31,234 bases of DNA from Bacteriovoracaceae bacterium (lineage in GTDB: Bacteria; Bdellovibrionota; Bacteriovoracia; Bacteriovoracales; Bacteriovoracaceae). Location of the stretch: the NCBI GenBank assembly GCA_018649885.1, contig JABIHA010000085.1:162744-193977 (forward strand), written 5' to 3'. Both the position numbers and the translations under genes were made by a program. Shown here in pieces: positions 18,104 through 27,087 of the stretch. The notes below the pieces were generated by a model. It was not told the origin of the DNA and searched no databases. It saw only the letters and a list, made by a program, of their open reading frames with translations. Numbering within the stretch: the first letter of the stretch is position 1; each line of letters opens with the position of its first letter.

Positions 18104-18520
18104 TTGGCAATGGGTTCAAAAAATCCTGATAATAATGATGAAATCTTAGCGGAAATTAATATGACTCCGCTGATTGATATAATGCTAGTGCTGCTGATCA
18201 TTTTTATGGTGACTTCAAGTGTTTCACTGGAGTCAGGCCTTGATATTGATCTACCAAAAACGGCTTCTAAAACTGAGAATAAGGGGGCAGAAGCTGTTAT
18301 CGTCTCTCTTGATTCCAGTGGGAACCTGAGTGTTCAAGGACAAAAAGTTGATCCGGGGGCACTGAAAGAGGCGATTCATAAAGAGTTGATGAACAATAAA
18401 ACCTCGCTTGTGATCTTAGAAGGGGACAGGCAAAGTACCCTAGAGCGAGCTATTGGAATTATGGATATTGCTAAAGAAGCTGGGGCACAAAAGTTCGCAA
18501 TTGCTACTGAAGGTCATTAG
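18104..18520 (+). CDS. ExbD/TolR family protein
   Basis: EINMTPLIDIMLVLLIIFMV with the essential Asp; TTG start with GGAGG RBS. Confidence 0.92.
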   Translation: MAMGSKNPDNNDEILAEINMTPLIDIMLVLLIIFMVTSSVSLESGLDIDLPKTASKTENKGAEAVIVSLDSSGNLSVQGQKVDPGALKEAIHKELMNNKTSLVILEGDRQSTLERAIGIMDIAKEAGAQKFAIATEGH

Positions 18521-18526
18521 AGTAGC

Positions 18527-19351
18527 TTAAAGTCCAAGATCAGCTAAATCATCCAAATCGTCATCATCTTCCTGAATTTTTGGTTTCTTAGGCGCATCTT
18601 TTGGAATGTCAGGCTCAATTGCCTTAACAAATTTTCTAAGCTGTGTTCTCTCTCCCTGATGGAGGAAAACATATTTGGCGTGAACCCTGTAGTCTGGTCT
18701 GGTTGGGCTGATTATTCTCGATTTCATATTATATCGTTTGCAGTTAATGATCTCGGCCGTCACCATGAAGTACATAGGAATGAGAAATTCAATAACAACA
18801 GTTTGACCTGAGCAAAATTCCCTCGAAGAAAAAAAGCAAATATCGAGCATATTAACATCAGATAAAAATGAGACGCCCGAGCCTAACTCATCTTGGGCCA
18901 CAGGTGGTCTTTTTCTTGGTATGAAGCTTCCATCTCCTGCTAACTGCTCAACAAGGGCATCAGCGCTTGCAGCAGCTCCCTCTCCCTCTTTAAGAGCACC
19001 GGCCATTTCGGCTTCTAAATCCTCACCACCTTCGCCTTCAGAGTCATCTTCTGCCCCAGCACCATCGCCCTCTAGCGCCTTGGCCATTTCGGCTTCCATA
19101 TCATCATCAGGTGCTTGTGCCTCTTCTTCATCGACTAAATTTAGCACAGCTCCAGGATTAACTGCTCCGCCTGTACCAGGCTCTGCTACCTTTAGTCGGT
19201 ATATTTTTTTTAGATCATCAAAATTGAGAATATTGTCCTCACCACTTGCGATGCGATCATTGAGAATAGACTCAAGCTCAGTTCTAAGAGACCAAACTCT
19301 TACTCTAATTTTTTTGACTATTACTGGGTGGTTGCTGTTTCCAAAAATCAT
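18527..19351 (-). CDS. Hypothetical protein with acidic low-complexity linker and degenerate PilZ-like C-terminal domain
   Basis: Beta-rich pattern LSDVNMLDICF...GQTVVIEF...VTAEIINC...VHAKY followed by helix ERTQLRKFV; two EAEMA repeats. Confidence 0.6.
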   Translation of the reverse strand: MIFGNSNHPVIVKKIRVRVWSLRTELESILNDRIASGEDNILNFDDLKKIYRLKVAEPGTGGAVNPGAVLNLVDEEEAQAPDDDMEAEMAKALEGDGAGAEDDSEGEGGEDLEAEMAGALKEGEGAAASADALVEQLAGDGSFIPRKRPPVAQDELGSGVSFLSDVNMLDICFFSSREFCSGQTVVIEFLIPMYFMVTAEIINCKRYNMKSRIISPTRPDYRVHAKYVFLHQGERTQLRKFVKAIEPDIPKDAPKKPKIQEDDDDLDDLADLGL

Positions 19352-19557
19352 AGCCTTTATTATGCGCGAGATGTCATGAAGTGTTCAACGCGGCATTTTG
19401 TTCTTAGACAATCCCGAGCATTTTACCCTGGAAAAAAAGTCCAAGGGGAAGCAGATGTCACTACCTAGACTTGATGCGTTATAATTTTCATATCCAATTC
19501 AAATCTTAAGTCAGTGCCTCCCTTGAGTATCTGGCTTTTTAGCACAGGGGTAACTTG

Positions 19558-21324
19558 ATGAATAAACGTGAGGTTTTTAAAAGTGCTGTAGTGGCGCTCT
19601 CAGCAATGCTTTTTATGACAATAGCATTCGCAAAGGGAGGAGCGTTCAAGGCCCAGTACAAATCTAATGAGTTATTAGTAAAATTTAAATCCGATGTAAC
19701 TCAGAGTGAGGCCCTTACGGTCTTGGAGGATATGGGAGTCGATTTAAAAGAGAGTCTTGGTCTGACTTTTGGAGAGTACTATCTTGTCAGAACCGATGTG
19801 ATGATATCTTTTGACTCTGCAATGACTGCCATGAGTGGTCATCCCTCTATTGAGTTCGCAGAGCCTAACTTTTTATATTATGCCATTGATGATGAAACCC
19901 CTATGGAGAAGATTTTAAGGGAAACTTATTCTGAAAATCTCACCATGGCGACTCCAACAGACCCAAAGTTTGGGCTTCTTTGGGGACTTAATAATAATGG
20001 TATTAATGAGCCAGATCGTAAGGGAAAAAGAAGCTCTACTAAGGGAGTGGCTGGAGCCGATATAAGTGCTTTAAAGGCCTGGGGGATAACTCAAGGTTCA
20101 TCAGATATTACTATTTCCATTATAGATACTGGCGTTCAGTACAACCATCCCGACTTAGAAGACAATATGTGGACTAACACCGCTGAGCTAAATGGTAAAG
20201 ATGGAGTAGACGATGATGGTAATGGATATGTCGATGATATTCATGGATATGATTTTGCCAATAGTGATGGAGATCCCATGGACGATCATTCTCATGGAAC
20301 CCACGTTGCTGGAACCATAGGCGCCACTCATGATAATGGGATCGGTGTTGCAGGGGTTATGAGAAAAGTGAAGATGGTAGGGGTTAAGTTTCTCACAGGT
20401 AGTGGATCTGGCTCACTGTCTGATGCTGTTAAGGCCATTGATTATTCCATAAAAATTGATGTCGACATTATGTCTAATTCCTGGGGAGGGGGTGGTTACT
20501 CCAAGGCTTTAGAAGAGGCAATTGTCAGGGCGAAAGACAGTGGAATTGTTTTCGTGGCAGCTGCTGGTAATAGCAGTACCAACAACGATCAAAGACCTCA
20601 CTATCCATCCAATTACAATGTTGAAAATATTATTTCTGTAGCCGCTCACAATTCTTCTGATCAGCTGGCATCATTTTCTTGTTATGGTGCCACGACTGTT
20701 CATGTGGCGGCTCCAGGTCGCAATATTCTTTCAACTGTTAAAGATAGTGAGTACGCAGTTTACTCCGGAACATCAATGGCGGCTCCACACGTTACAGGTG
20801 CCTTAGGACTTCTTCTTAGCAATGAAGGATCAATGAGCCTTGCTAGTGTTAAAGAGCGGGTAATGGCCACTTCTGAATATGTGAGTAGTTACCGGAGAAA
20901 GATGATCTCCCACGGAAGGCTCAATGCTTACAATCTTCTAATAGATAGAAGACCTGAGAGAAAAATGCCAAAGGATTCAGACTGGAAAGAGCTGGCCTTG
21001 AAATCCTCTTTTGAAAGCTCTCACCCCTATGACAAAAATCAAACTCTAAGTCGAGTTTTTGAAGTGTCAGGGGCCAAGTATATTCGGGTGGTTTTAAAGA
21101 AGTATGACACTGAAGAGAGGTACGACAATATTGTGGTGAGAGACCCTGTATCTCGTGCTGATGTAGAGTCGATTTCGGGATCAGGTGATAATTATAAAAG
21201 TGATTACGTTGAGGGCTCTAAAATTGAAGTGGAATTTAAGTCTGACTATTCTCTAAATATGTACGGATTTGTTATTGAAAAAATCGAGTATGTTCCAGGG
21301 GACAAACATTTAGCAGCTAATTAA
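19558..21324 (+). CDS. S8 subtilisin-like serine protease with prodomain and CUB-like C-terminal domain
   Basis: Signal peptide; triad IIDTG / HGTHVAG / GTSMAAP; AAAGN; C-terminal ESSHPY...TEERYD...FKSDYS..YGF. Confidence 0.93.
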   Translation: MNKREVFKSAVVALSAMLFMTIAFAKGGAFKAQYKSNELLVKFKSDVTQSEALTVLEDMGVDLKESLGLTFGEYYLVRTDVMISFDSAMTAMSGHPSIEFAEPNFLYYAIDDETPMEKILRETYSENLTMATPTDPKFGLLWGLNNNGINEPDRKGKRSSTKGVAGADISALKAWGITQGSSDITISIIDTGVQYNHPDLEDNMWTNTAELNGKDGVDDDGNGYVDDIHGYDFANSDGDPMDDHSHGTHVAGTIGATHDNGIGVAGVMRKVKMVGVKFLTGSGSGSLSDAVKAIDYSIKIDVDIMSNSWGGGGYSKALEEAIVRAKDSGIVFVAAAGNSSTNNDQRPHYPSNYNVENIISVAAHNSSDQLASFSCYGATTVHVAAPGRNILSTVKDSEYAVYSGTSMAAPHVTGALGLLLSNEGSMSLASVKERVMATSEYVSSYRRKMISHGRLNAYNLLIDRRPERKMPKDSDWKELALKSSFESSHPYDKNQTLSRVFEVSGAKYIRVVLKKYDTEERYDNIVVRDPVSRADVESISGSGDNYKSDYVEGSKIEVEFKSDYSLNMYGFVIEKIEYVPGDKHLAAN

Positions 21325-21352
21325 GAAGAATTGGAAATTAATATTACTAATT

Positions 21353-21380
21353 AGGGCCAAGTTTACCTTGGCCCTTTTTT
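21353..21380 (+). terminator. Intrinsic terminator between the convergent protease and tatA genes
   Basis: AGGGCCAAG-N5-CTTGGCCCT-TTTTT. Confidence 0.85.
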
Positions 21381-21567
21381 ATGCATTTTTATCAGTGTCG
21401 TTTTTTTCTTCAATATTTTGCTTTGTACTTTCGCCTTTAATGCCTTTTTGGAAATTTTTAATTCCTTGTGCCAATGAGCTTCCCAATTGGGGAATTCTTT
21501 TGGCCCCGAAGAGAACCACAACAACAAGCAAGAGAATAAGGAGTTCGCCCATTCCTAAACCAAACAT
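21379..21567 (-). CDS. tatA: Twin-arginine translocase TatA/TatE subunit
   Basis: MFGLGMGELLILLLVVVVLFGAKRIPQLGSSLAQGIKNFQKG. Confidence 0.95.
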   Translation of the reverse strand: MFGLGMGELLILLLVVVVLFGAKRIPQLGSSLAQGIKNFQKGIKGESTKQNIEEKNDTDKNA

Positions 21568-21644
21568 ACAGCTTCCTTTGACTATCTTTTGAAATCAGTA
21601 TTGGTATTACCACAAAAATGAGAAAAGAGGTAGGTTGCTACTGG

Positions 21645-21677
21645 ATGGTCTCGCCTAATATGAAAACGCGAGACCAT
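21645..21677. other. Stem-loop between rpmB and tatA
   Basis: ATGGTCTCGC-N13-GCGAGACCAT; no U-tract follows on the minus strand. Confidence 0.55.
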
Positions 21678-21696
21678 GGTTTAAGGGAAAAAAGAA

Positions 21697-21930
21697 TTAA
21701 TTCAATAAATGAGAGTATTTTCTTAAAAACTTAGAAAGTGATCCCACTTTATCAAGCGTTCTAATTGCTCTAGTAGAGAGTCTTAATTTAATTGTTTGCC
21801 CAGTCTCTGGATCAAAAACTCTCTTCGTCTGTAAATTAGGCATTTGCTTCATTTTAGTTCTGTTTTTAGCGTGGGATACTCTGTTTCCGACTAGCCCTTT
21901 CTTTCCTGTTAAATCGCACGCTCTCGCCAT
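21697..21930 (-). CDS. rpmB: 50S ribosomal protein L28
   Basis: MARACDLTGKKGLVGNRVSHAKNRTK...PNLQ...LRLSTRAIRT. Confidence 0.96.
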   Translation of the reverse strand: MARACDLTGKKGLVGNRVSHAKNRTKMKQMPNLQTKRVFDPETGQTIKLRLSTRAIRTLDKVGSLSKFLRKYSHLLN

Positions 21931-21973
21931 ATCTACTTCCTATCTAAACTATTGTTAAACTTCTAAGTGGCAT

Positions 21974-22002
21974 AATATAAAGATCTTTGCCCTTTTTGAC
22001 AA
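21974..22002 (-). promoter_or_regulatory. Sigma-70 promoter for rpmB
   Basis: TTGTCA-N17-TATATT on the minus strand. Confidence 0.6.
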
Positions 22003-22038
22003 GAAAAAGTGGTGTTTTTCCCTAAGGCATGCCCCATT

Positions 22039-24045
22039 TTAGCTGAGCCATGAGCTCGCCAGGTCACAGACACTTTTTGCATCTAGTCTTTGCGATTGGT
22101 AAAGCTGGTTGGCCTGATAGGCAGAACGACCAAATTCTCCGTTTATTCCCAAGGACTTGACGCTGAACTTAACGCCAGCACTCTTAAGTGAGTGGACTAA
22201 AAGTGAGCCCATTCCGCCCACAACTTGATGGTCTTCCATAGTGATAAGTTTTCCGCTTCCCGTCGAAAGGGCCTTCCCGATGGTCTCGACATCTGGTCTG
22301 TTCACAAATGGATTATTGATAACACAAGTTTTGATGCCCTGTGCTTCCAATATTTTTGCAGCACCCATTGCCTGCCAAACAAGTGGACCGCATGCAACAA
22401 TGGTCAGGTCATCGCCTTCAGTCAGGACTTGGGCCTTTCCCCATTCATACTCGGCATCTGCTCTCCAATACTCTGGAAAATTTTCTCTGCCTACAAAAAA
22501 GACCAGGGATTCTCCGGGATTTCCGGCTTCTCTTTGGTCTTTAATCCAGTTGAGTCCAGCGTGAAGATATTTTTCGGCCTCTGTTGAATTCGAAACAACA
22601 ATGGCCTGAGTGAAGGGGATACTCGAGACTGCTGAAATATAGGTGGTTGCCTGGTGAGAGGCGCCATCGGCAGCATCTTGAAAACCGGTATGAGAGAAGA
22701 TGCAAACGATTGGTGATAGAGAGAGTCCTGCCATAGTAAGAGGCAGGTTGCCTTTGGTAACACCAAATTGGGCGAAGGTATCAACAATGGGAATGAACCC
22801 ATGTTTTGATAGGCCACATGCCATCGAAACCATATTACTTTCTGCAACTCCCACATCTTGGGAGAGCTGAGGAAATTCTTTTTGGAAGGCTGCCATTCCA
22901 GTGGAGCCAGCTAGGTCAGAGGAAATTGAATAGACCGGAAGGCCCTCTGAAGCTGCTCTAATGGCAGCTCTTGAAAATCCAGCTTGGGCCTTTTCTCTTT
23001 TTGAAGATCCAACTTCTGCAGGTGCTGGGTGTTTGGCCGGAGTTGTCTTTTCAAGCTCTGTGGCCCAGGTTTTTATTTCTTCAGGGGTATTCCCTTCAAA
23101 AATTTCATCAACAAAGGCGACTAGCTTGCCGTCGTTTCCTTTTAATGGGTATCCGTGACCACCGGAGCTGCTGTCCATGGTACTTTTAACTCCATAGCCT
23201 TTTATAGTTTTTACCCATAAGCATATTGGTTTTTGGGGATTTGCTATGGCCGAATCTACGGCACTTTCCACACTGTTAAAAACTTCTTGCAGATTGTGTC
23301 CATTTTCAACTTTTCTAGTATCCCAGCCCATTATTTCAAGGCCCTGAAAGGTTGGGGCCATGTCAAAGGCATCAGTATCGATTCTTCCAGATAATTTGGT
23401 ATTGTTGTCTGAAATGATCATCACTACTGGGTTGAGTTTACCTTTTGAAGCAAGTCCTGGAATCGCCGCAAAGGCTTCCTTGGTCTCGCCCTCCATTGAA
23501 GCGCCGTCTGAGACCACCATCATGGTCACTCTGTTATTTCCAATTAATTTATCGGCAAAGGCCAGGCCTTGAGCTTGGGCAATAGATGAGCCAAGAGGAC
23601 CATTGGATAGTAAGACTCCTTCTGGGTTTAAGTGTCCTTCCCCGTGGCCTGTGAGTTTACTTTCGATGGATCTAAAACCTTTGAGGTCATTAAAGCTGAG
23701 ATTATCAAAGCCTAGATTGGCCCTAAGAGCATAGACTCCATTTTCTGCGTGGCCTTCGTCATTCACAAAATTAAAATCATCTGACCAGTTTTGTTTAGAG
23801 CGATGAAACATCAAACCATGACAAGCAGACATAATTTCTGCCAGTGCTGCAGGTCCGCCCCAGTGACACGCAGCTCCTCCTATTACAGCATGCATATTCA
23901 TCAAGGCCAGAAGTCCTCGAGTCATTTTGGGGTCACCCACCAAAATCTCCTCTCCTTTAGAGTTCGTAACGCTTGTTGGGTAAAGGGGTTTAGCTGTTGG
24001 GGTTCCTGCAAGGGGGCATTTAACTGAAAGGGGCTTGTGGCTCAT
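22039..24045 (-). CDS. Transketolase-family TPP-dependent enzyme
   Basis: GPLGSSIAQAQG, TPP motif SDGASMEGE...SDNN, KTIKGYG, GVAESNM, DGASHQ and EDHQVVGGMG. Confidence 0.85.
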   Translation of the reverse strand: MSHKPLSVKCPLAGTPTAKPLYPTSVTNSKGEEILVGDPKMTRGLLALMNMHAVIGGAACHWGGPAALAEIMSACHGLMFHRSKQNWSDDFNFVNDEGHAENGVYALRANLGFDNLSFNDLKGFRSIESKLTGHGEGHLNPEGVLLSNGPLGSSIAQAQGLAFADKLIGNNRVTMMVVSDGASMEGETKEAFAAIPGLASKGKLNPVVMIISDNNTKLSGRIDTDAFDMAPTFQGLEIMGWDTRKVENGHNLQEVFNSVESAVDSAIANPQKPICLWVKTIKGYGVKSTMDSSSGGHGYPLKGNDGKLVAFVDEIFEGNTPEEIKTWATELEKTTPAKHPAPAEVGSSKREKAQAGFSRAAIRAASEGLPVYSISSDLAGSTGMAAFQKEFPQLSQDVGVAESNMVSMACGLSKHGFIPIVDTFAQFGVTKGNLPLTMAGLSLSPIVCIFSHTGFQDAADGASHQATTYISAVSSIPFTQAIVVSNSTEAEKYLHAGLNWIKDQREAGNPGESLVFFVGRENFPEYWRADAEYEWGKAQVLTEGDDLTIVACGPLVWQAMGAAKILEAQGIKTCVINNPFVNRPDVETIGKALSTGSGKLITMEDHQVVGGMGSLLVHSLKSAGVKFSVKSLGINGEFGRSAYQANQLYQSQRLDAKSVCDLASSWLS

Positions 24046-24212
24046 GGCTTATCCTCGGGTTTGGTTTAGCTGACTCTAAAACAAAAGATGATTAGTGGTA
24101 AAGGGCCAAAATGATCATATTTTTACAGCATAAGTTTGATTTTACACGTCGGGCCCTTTAAAATATCTCAATATATAATGAGCTACTTTTCTTTAAAAAA
24201 AGGATTTTCTAA

Positions 24213-25241
24213 ATGAAGAACTCTTTTAAGGTTCTCTTTCGATTTCTCGGCGCACTGATTTTAGGATCCTGGACCTTTGCCAGCTACGCGGTGTCGACAA
24301 ATGTTTATATAGATTCAAGACTTGATGCCACAAAATACAATTTTGAGCAAAAGAGAACTGGAACTCACGATTACTCTGCTTTTGAAGTAAATAAGGCCAG
24401 ATTGGGGGTGAAGGGTGAAGTGGTCAAAGGCTACACCTATCATTTGAGATACGCTTTTGAAAATACAGCTGATAATCATCTGGTAGATAATGCTAGCAAT
24501 GCCCTTGAGAAAGCCTATGTTCAGGGTTGGTTTGACGATCACTGGTCGATGCAATTTGGTAAGGATTACCTTAAGTGGGGAACCAGAGAGCAATATCTAA
24601 ATGAAACAGATGTTTATACATATTCATGGGCCTCCACTAATGTTTCTCATTATGGGACGGGAGTGAATCTTCACTACAGGAATGCTGGGCAAAAATACTA
24701 TATTTCAATTAATAATTCTGATGACGCCAATTCCACTCCAGCAAAACAAAAGAATTTTCATTACATGATCTCTTGGTATGGGAATATCATTCCAGAGGTT
24801 ATCTATCCTCACTTAAGCTATAGCTTTAGACCTATAGCGGGCAGAAAGCATCCAGATCACTATTTTTTCTTTGGATCAAATTTTTTATTGGGTGATTTAA
24901 ATATTGAACTCGATGGAGGATTTCTCAAAAAGGATAGATTTAAATATATGTCGGGCATGGCAAAAATTCAGTTCAATCGACACGGGGAAGTGAGACCATT
25001 TGTTAAGGCCATTTTTGACAAGAAAGTTTTGCACTCTGAGTCTCACAACAAGAGAACTGCAGGGGATGTGGGCTTTGAGTTTTTTCCGTTTGAAGGACAA
25101 GATATCCGCTACCACATTGTTTACTCAGGAGGCTACTTTGCCAACGATGCTGTGAAAGACCAAAACAATGAAGATTACTATCAATCGTCAATTCGGCTGG
25201 GGTTAAAGGCGGGCTTTGACGTCATTAAAGGTGTGTTCTAA
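24213..25241 (+). CDS. Outer-membrane beta-barrel porin (OprO/OprP-like)
   Basis: Signal peptide, aromatic-rich alternating strands, FEVNKARLGVKG, LEKAYV...MQFGK and a C-terminal Phe. Confidence 0.7.
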   Translation: MKNSFKVLFRFLGALILGSWTFASYAVSTNVYIDSRLDATKYNFEQKRTGTHDYSAFEVNKARLGVKGEVVKGYTYHLRYAFENTADNHLVDNASNALEKAYVQGWFDDHWSMQFGKDYLKWGTREQYLNETDVYTYSWASTNVSHYGTGVNLHYRNAGQKYYISINNSDDANSTPAKQKNFHYMISWYGNIIPEVIYPHLSYSFRPIAGRKHPDHYFFFGSNFLLGDLNIELDGGFLKKDRFKYMSGMAKIQFNRHGEVRPFVKAIFDKKVLHSESHNKRTAGDVGFEFFPFEGQDIRYHIVYSGGYFANDAVKDQNNEDYYQSSIRLGLKAGFDVIKGVF

Positions 25242-25825
25242 AAACTATTTTGTAGATAAAAATCATAAAGGGCCTTGGAGTAATCCAGGGCCTTTTTTTT
25301 GATTAGTGAGATGGTTGTAAATTCAAAAGCATAATCACTGATAATTTTATAGCTTCCATAAGAGAGGGCGTTCTCAGCAGCAAAGTTGGCAATAGTCCAA
25401 AACTCACGATCGACAATTTTTGCTTTGACGGAAAGCTCACCAGCTAGTTCTTTGTCATGAATCCTGCTGTGACTGGTGACAAGCTCTATTCCATTTTTTC
25501 CGTTAGTCGTTTCCAGAGGTTGTTCAGAGGACCAGTCACCTTCCCATTTGTGGCAGCTGACGACCTTAAAAGTCTCGCCTGGATGGAAGTCTTGGGAGAG
25601 GGAGCCAGCAAATCCCAGGTTTAAGATATGATTAATTTTATAGTAAGAATTTTCGAAAAATGCTTCTAGTGCCATCTGTGTTTTTTCCATTCCCTCGCCA
25701 GTAATCAAGATGATTGTATCTCCGGATGTATGGTATTTAATCCCGGCCTCTTTGTGCAAAGTGTAGGGGGCTGAGGATAGAAAGGCCGTGGCCTCTTTTT
25801 TGTGGGCAAATGTTAGAAGTTCCAA
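25238..25825 (-). CDS. Nucleoside phosphorylase-like (PNP/MTAN fold) protein
   Basis: Motifs ITGEG, NLGFAGSL, VDRE and KIISD; TTG start with GGAG RBS. Confidence 0.7.
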   Translation of the reverse strand: MELLTFAHKKEATAFLSSAPYTLHKEAGIKYHTSGDTIILITGEGMEKTQMALEAFFENSYYKINHILNLGFAGSLSQDFHPGETFKVVSCHKWEGDWSSEQPLETTNGKNGIELVTSHSRIHDKELAGELSVKAKIVDREFWTIANFAAENALSYGSYKIISDYAFEFTTISLIKKKALDYSKALYDFYLQNSF

Positions 25826-25891
25826 TTTTTCTCCATGAGTATCGTTACCGTTTTGGCATAATCGGGATCTTACGGCCAGGGCAGGGGCTTA

Positions 25892-26071
25892 TACCAACTG
25901 CAAAAATTTATTACGGGATCTTGGATGCCACTTTCACCAATCTTACATCTTTGTTCAGTCGAAAAATCCTCGATGTGCCTTTGGGCACACCTGCGGTTTT
26001 TCTTCCTCACAAAAATGTAATCTCGGCAAAACTGACATCCAATCTCCCGAAATTAATTATTGCAATTGGTA
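25892..26071. mobile_element. 180-bp imperfect palindromic element (MITE-like or structured RNA) with TTA flanking direct repeats
   Basis: Arms 25891-25980 and 25983-26072 align without gaps (65/90 complementary by hand count). Ends are TACCAA...TTGGTA, with TTA at 25889-25891 and 26072-26074. Confidence 0.65.
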
Positions 26072-26124
26072 TTACAAAGGAGTGAAGACCTTGGTAGGAT
26101 GATTCAAATTTTGCGAGGTGTCGG

Positions 26125-27087
26125 ATGAGGACTTTTAATTTTTTAGACCATGGGTTTCCCCTGTCTACAATTTGTTTTGGAGGGGCTTCTATAAGCGGTG
26201 AGGGCAAGGGTTACGGCTTTGGACCCATCACTGAGGATGAATCAATTAGGCTTTTAAAAAAGGCCTTCGAAGCGGGAATTAATTTTTTCGATACGGCTCC
26301 TATTTACGGTTTTGGGAGCTCTGAAATTAGAATGGGCAAGGCCTTTAAAGATATAAGAGAAAAAGTATTTTTAATTTCTAAGTGTGGCATTGATTGGCAT
26401 TCGAATACGAGAGTCAATATGACTAATGATCCTGCCATCTGTGAGAAGATGTTGGGTCAAAGTCTTGAAAGACTTCAAACAGATTACATCGATCTATACA
26501 TGATTCATTGGCCAGATCAAAATGTTGATATAAGAGATTCCCTTAAAGTATTAGTAGATGCTAAGAAGGCCGGAAAAATAAAGTATATAGGACTTTGCAA
26601 TACAAATGTGGACGAATTAGAAAAGGCCCGAGAGGTATGCAAAATTGATATGGTCCAAAGTGAATACAACCTTTTCGCTGATTCAGTAAGGGATCAACTC
26701 TTTCCGTATTTAGAACAGCACCATATACCTTTTATGGGTTGGGGAACTTTTCAAAAAGGTATCCTGACAAAACGAGTCGATGCTTCAAGGAAATTTGATT
26801 CCACTGATTGCAGATCTAGTGCTCCTTGGTGGAAGGATATGAATAAGGCTCCCATGTATCAAGCAATGGAAGAAATTAATCCATTGTTAGATCAAAAAGG
26901 TGTGGACGGAGTTTCTCTTGCACTTTCTTTTTCTCTGGGACATCCAGCAATAAGAGCAGCATTAGTGGGAATGAGAAATGAAAAGCAACTTGAAAGTACT
27001 CTTCGTGCTCTTGAAAATTTGGCCCCCCTTGAATTAGTGAATAGATCTCATGAAATTGCGACAAAGCATTTAATGGAGGTAAGATGA
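26125..27087 (+). CDS. Aldo/keto reductase
   Basis: Catalytic tetrad context FFDTAPIYG, ISKCG and SLERLQTDYIDLYMIHWPD; GKIKYIGLCN. Confidence 0.93.
   Translation: MRTFNFLDHGFPLSTICFGGASISGEGKGYGFGPITEDESIRLLKKAFEAGINFFDTAPIYGFGSSEIRMGKAFKDIREKVFLISKCGIDWHSNTRVNMTNDPAICEKMLGQSLERLQTDYIDLYMIHWPDQNVDIRDSLKVLVDAKKAGKIKYIGLCNTNVDELEKAREVCKIDMVQSEYNLFADSVRDQLFPYLEQHHIPFMGWGTFQKGILTKRVDASRKFDSTDCRSSAPWWKDMNKAPMYQAMEEINPLLDQKGVDGVSLALSFSLGHPAIRAALVGMRNEKQLESTLRALENLAPLELVNRSHEIATKHLMEVR

Noticed and set aside
19558..19632. Tat signal on the S8 protease (NKREVFK) next to tatA
   Set aside because: There is no twin arginine, it looks like a Sec signal, and tatA is convergent and follows rpmB.
21600..21610. 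ATTGGTATTAC identical to the right end of the 180-bp element
   Set aside because: Only 11 AT-rich bases match and there is no corresponding left arm; compatible with chance.
18921..23572. Antisense ORFs such as 18921-19379, 21368-21592 and 22225-22587
   Set aside because: They are shadow frames of well-supported genes and contain no recognisable motifs.
24046..24212. TPP riboswitch before the transketolase gene, or Pho boxes before the porin
   Set aside because: There is no CUGAGA core and no 11-bp-periodic repeats; only a 9-bp inverted repeat is present.
25860..26104. 6S RNA, SRP RNA or integron attC interpretation of the long hairpin
   Set aside because: The 90-bp stem has no large central bubble and is too long for 6S; the SRP GGAA-loop motif is absent; there are no RYYYAAC/GTTRRRY boxes or extrahelical bases. 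A weak outer stem on the plus strand conflicts with the minus-strand bias. A cmscan would settle it.
25810..26207. ORF-track ORFs 25810-26085 (+) and 26007-26207 (-), and a 27-aa minus-strand ORF from 26038 with GGAG upstream
   Set aside because: They lie across the palindromic element or antisense to the AKR gene. Similar Cys-rich peptides read on both strands simply because of the palindrome.
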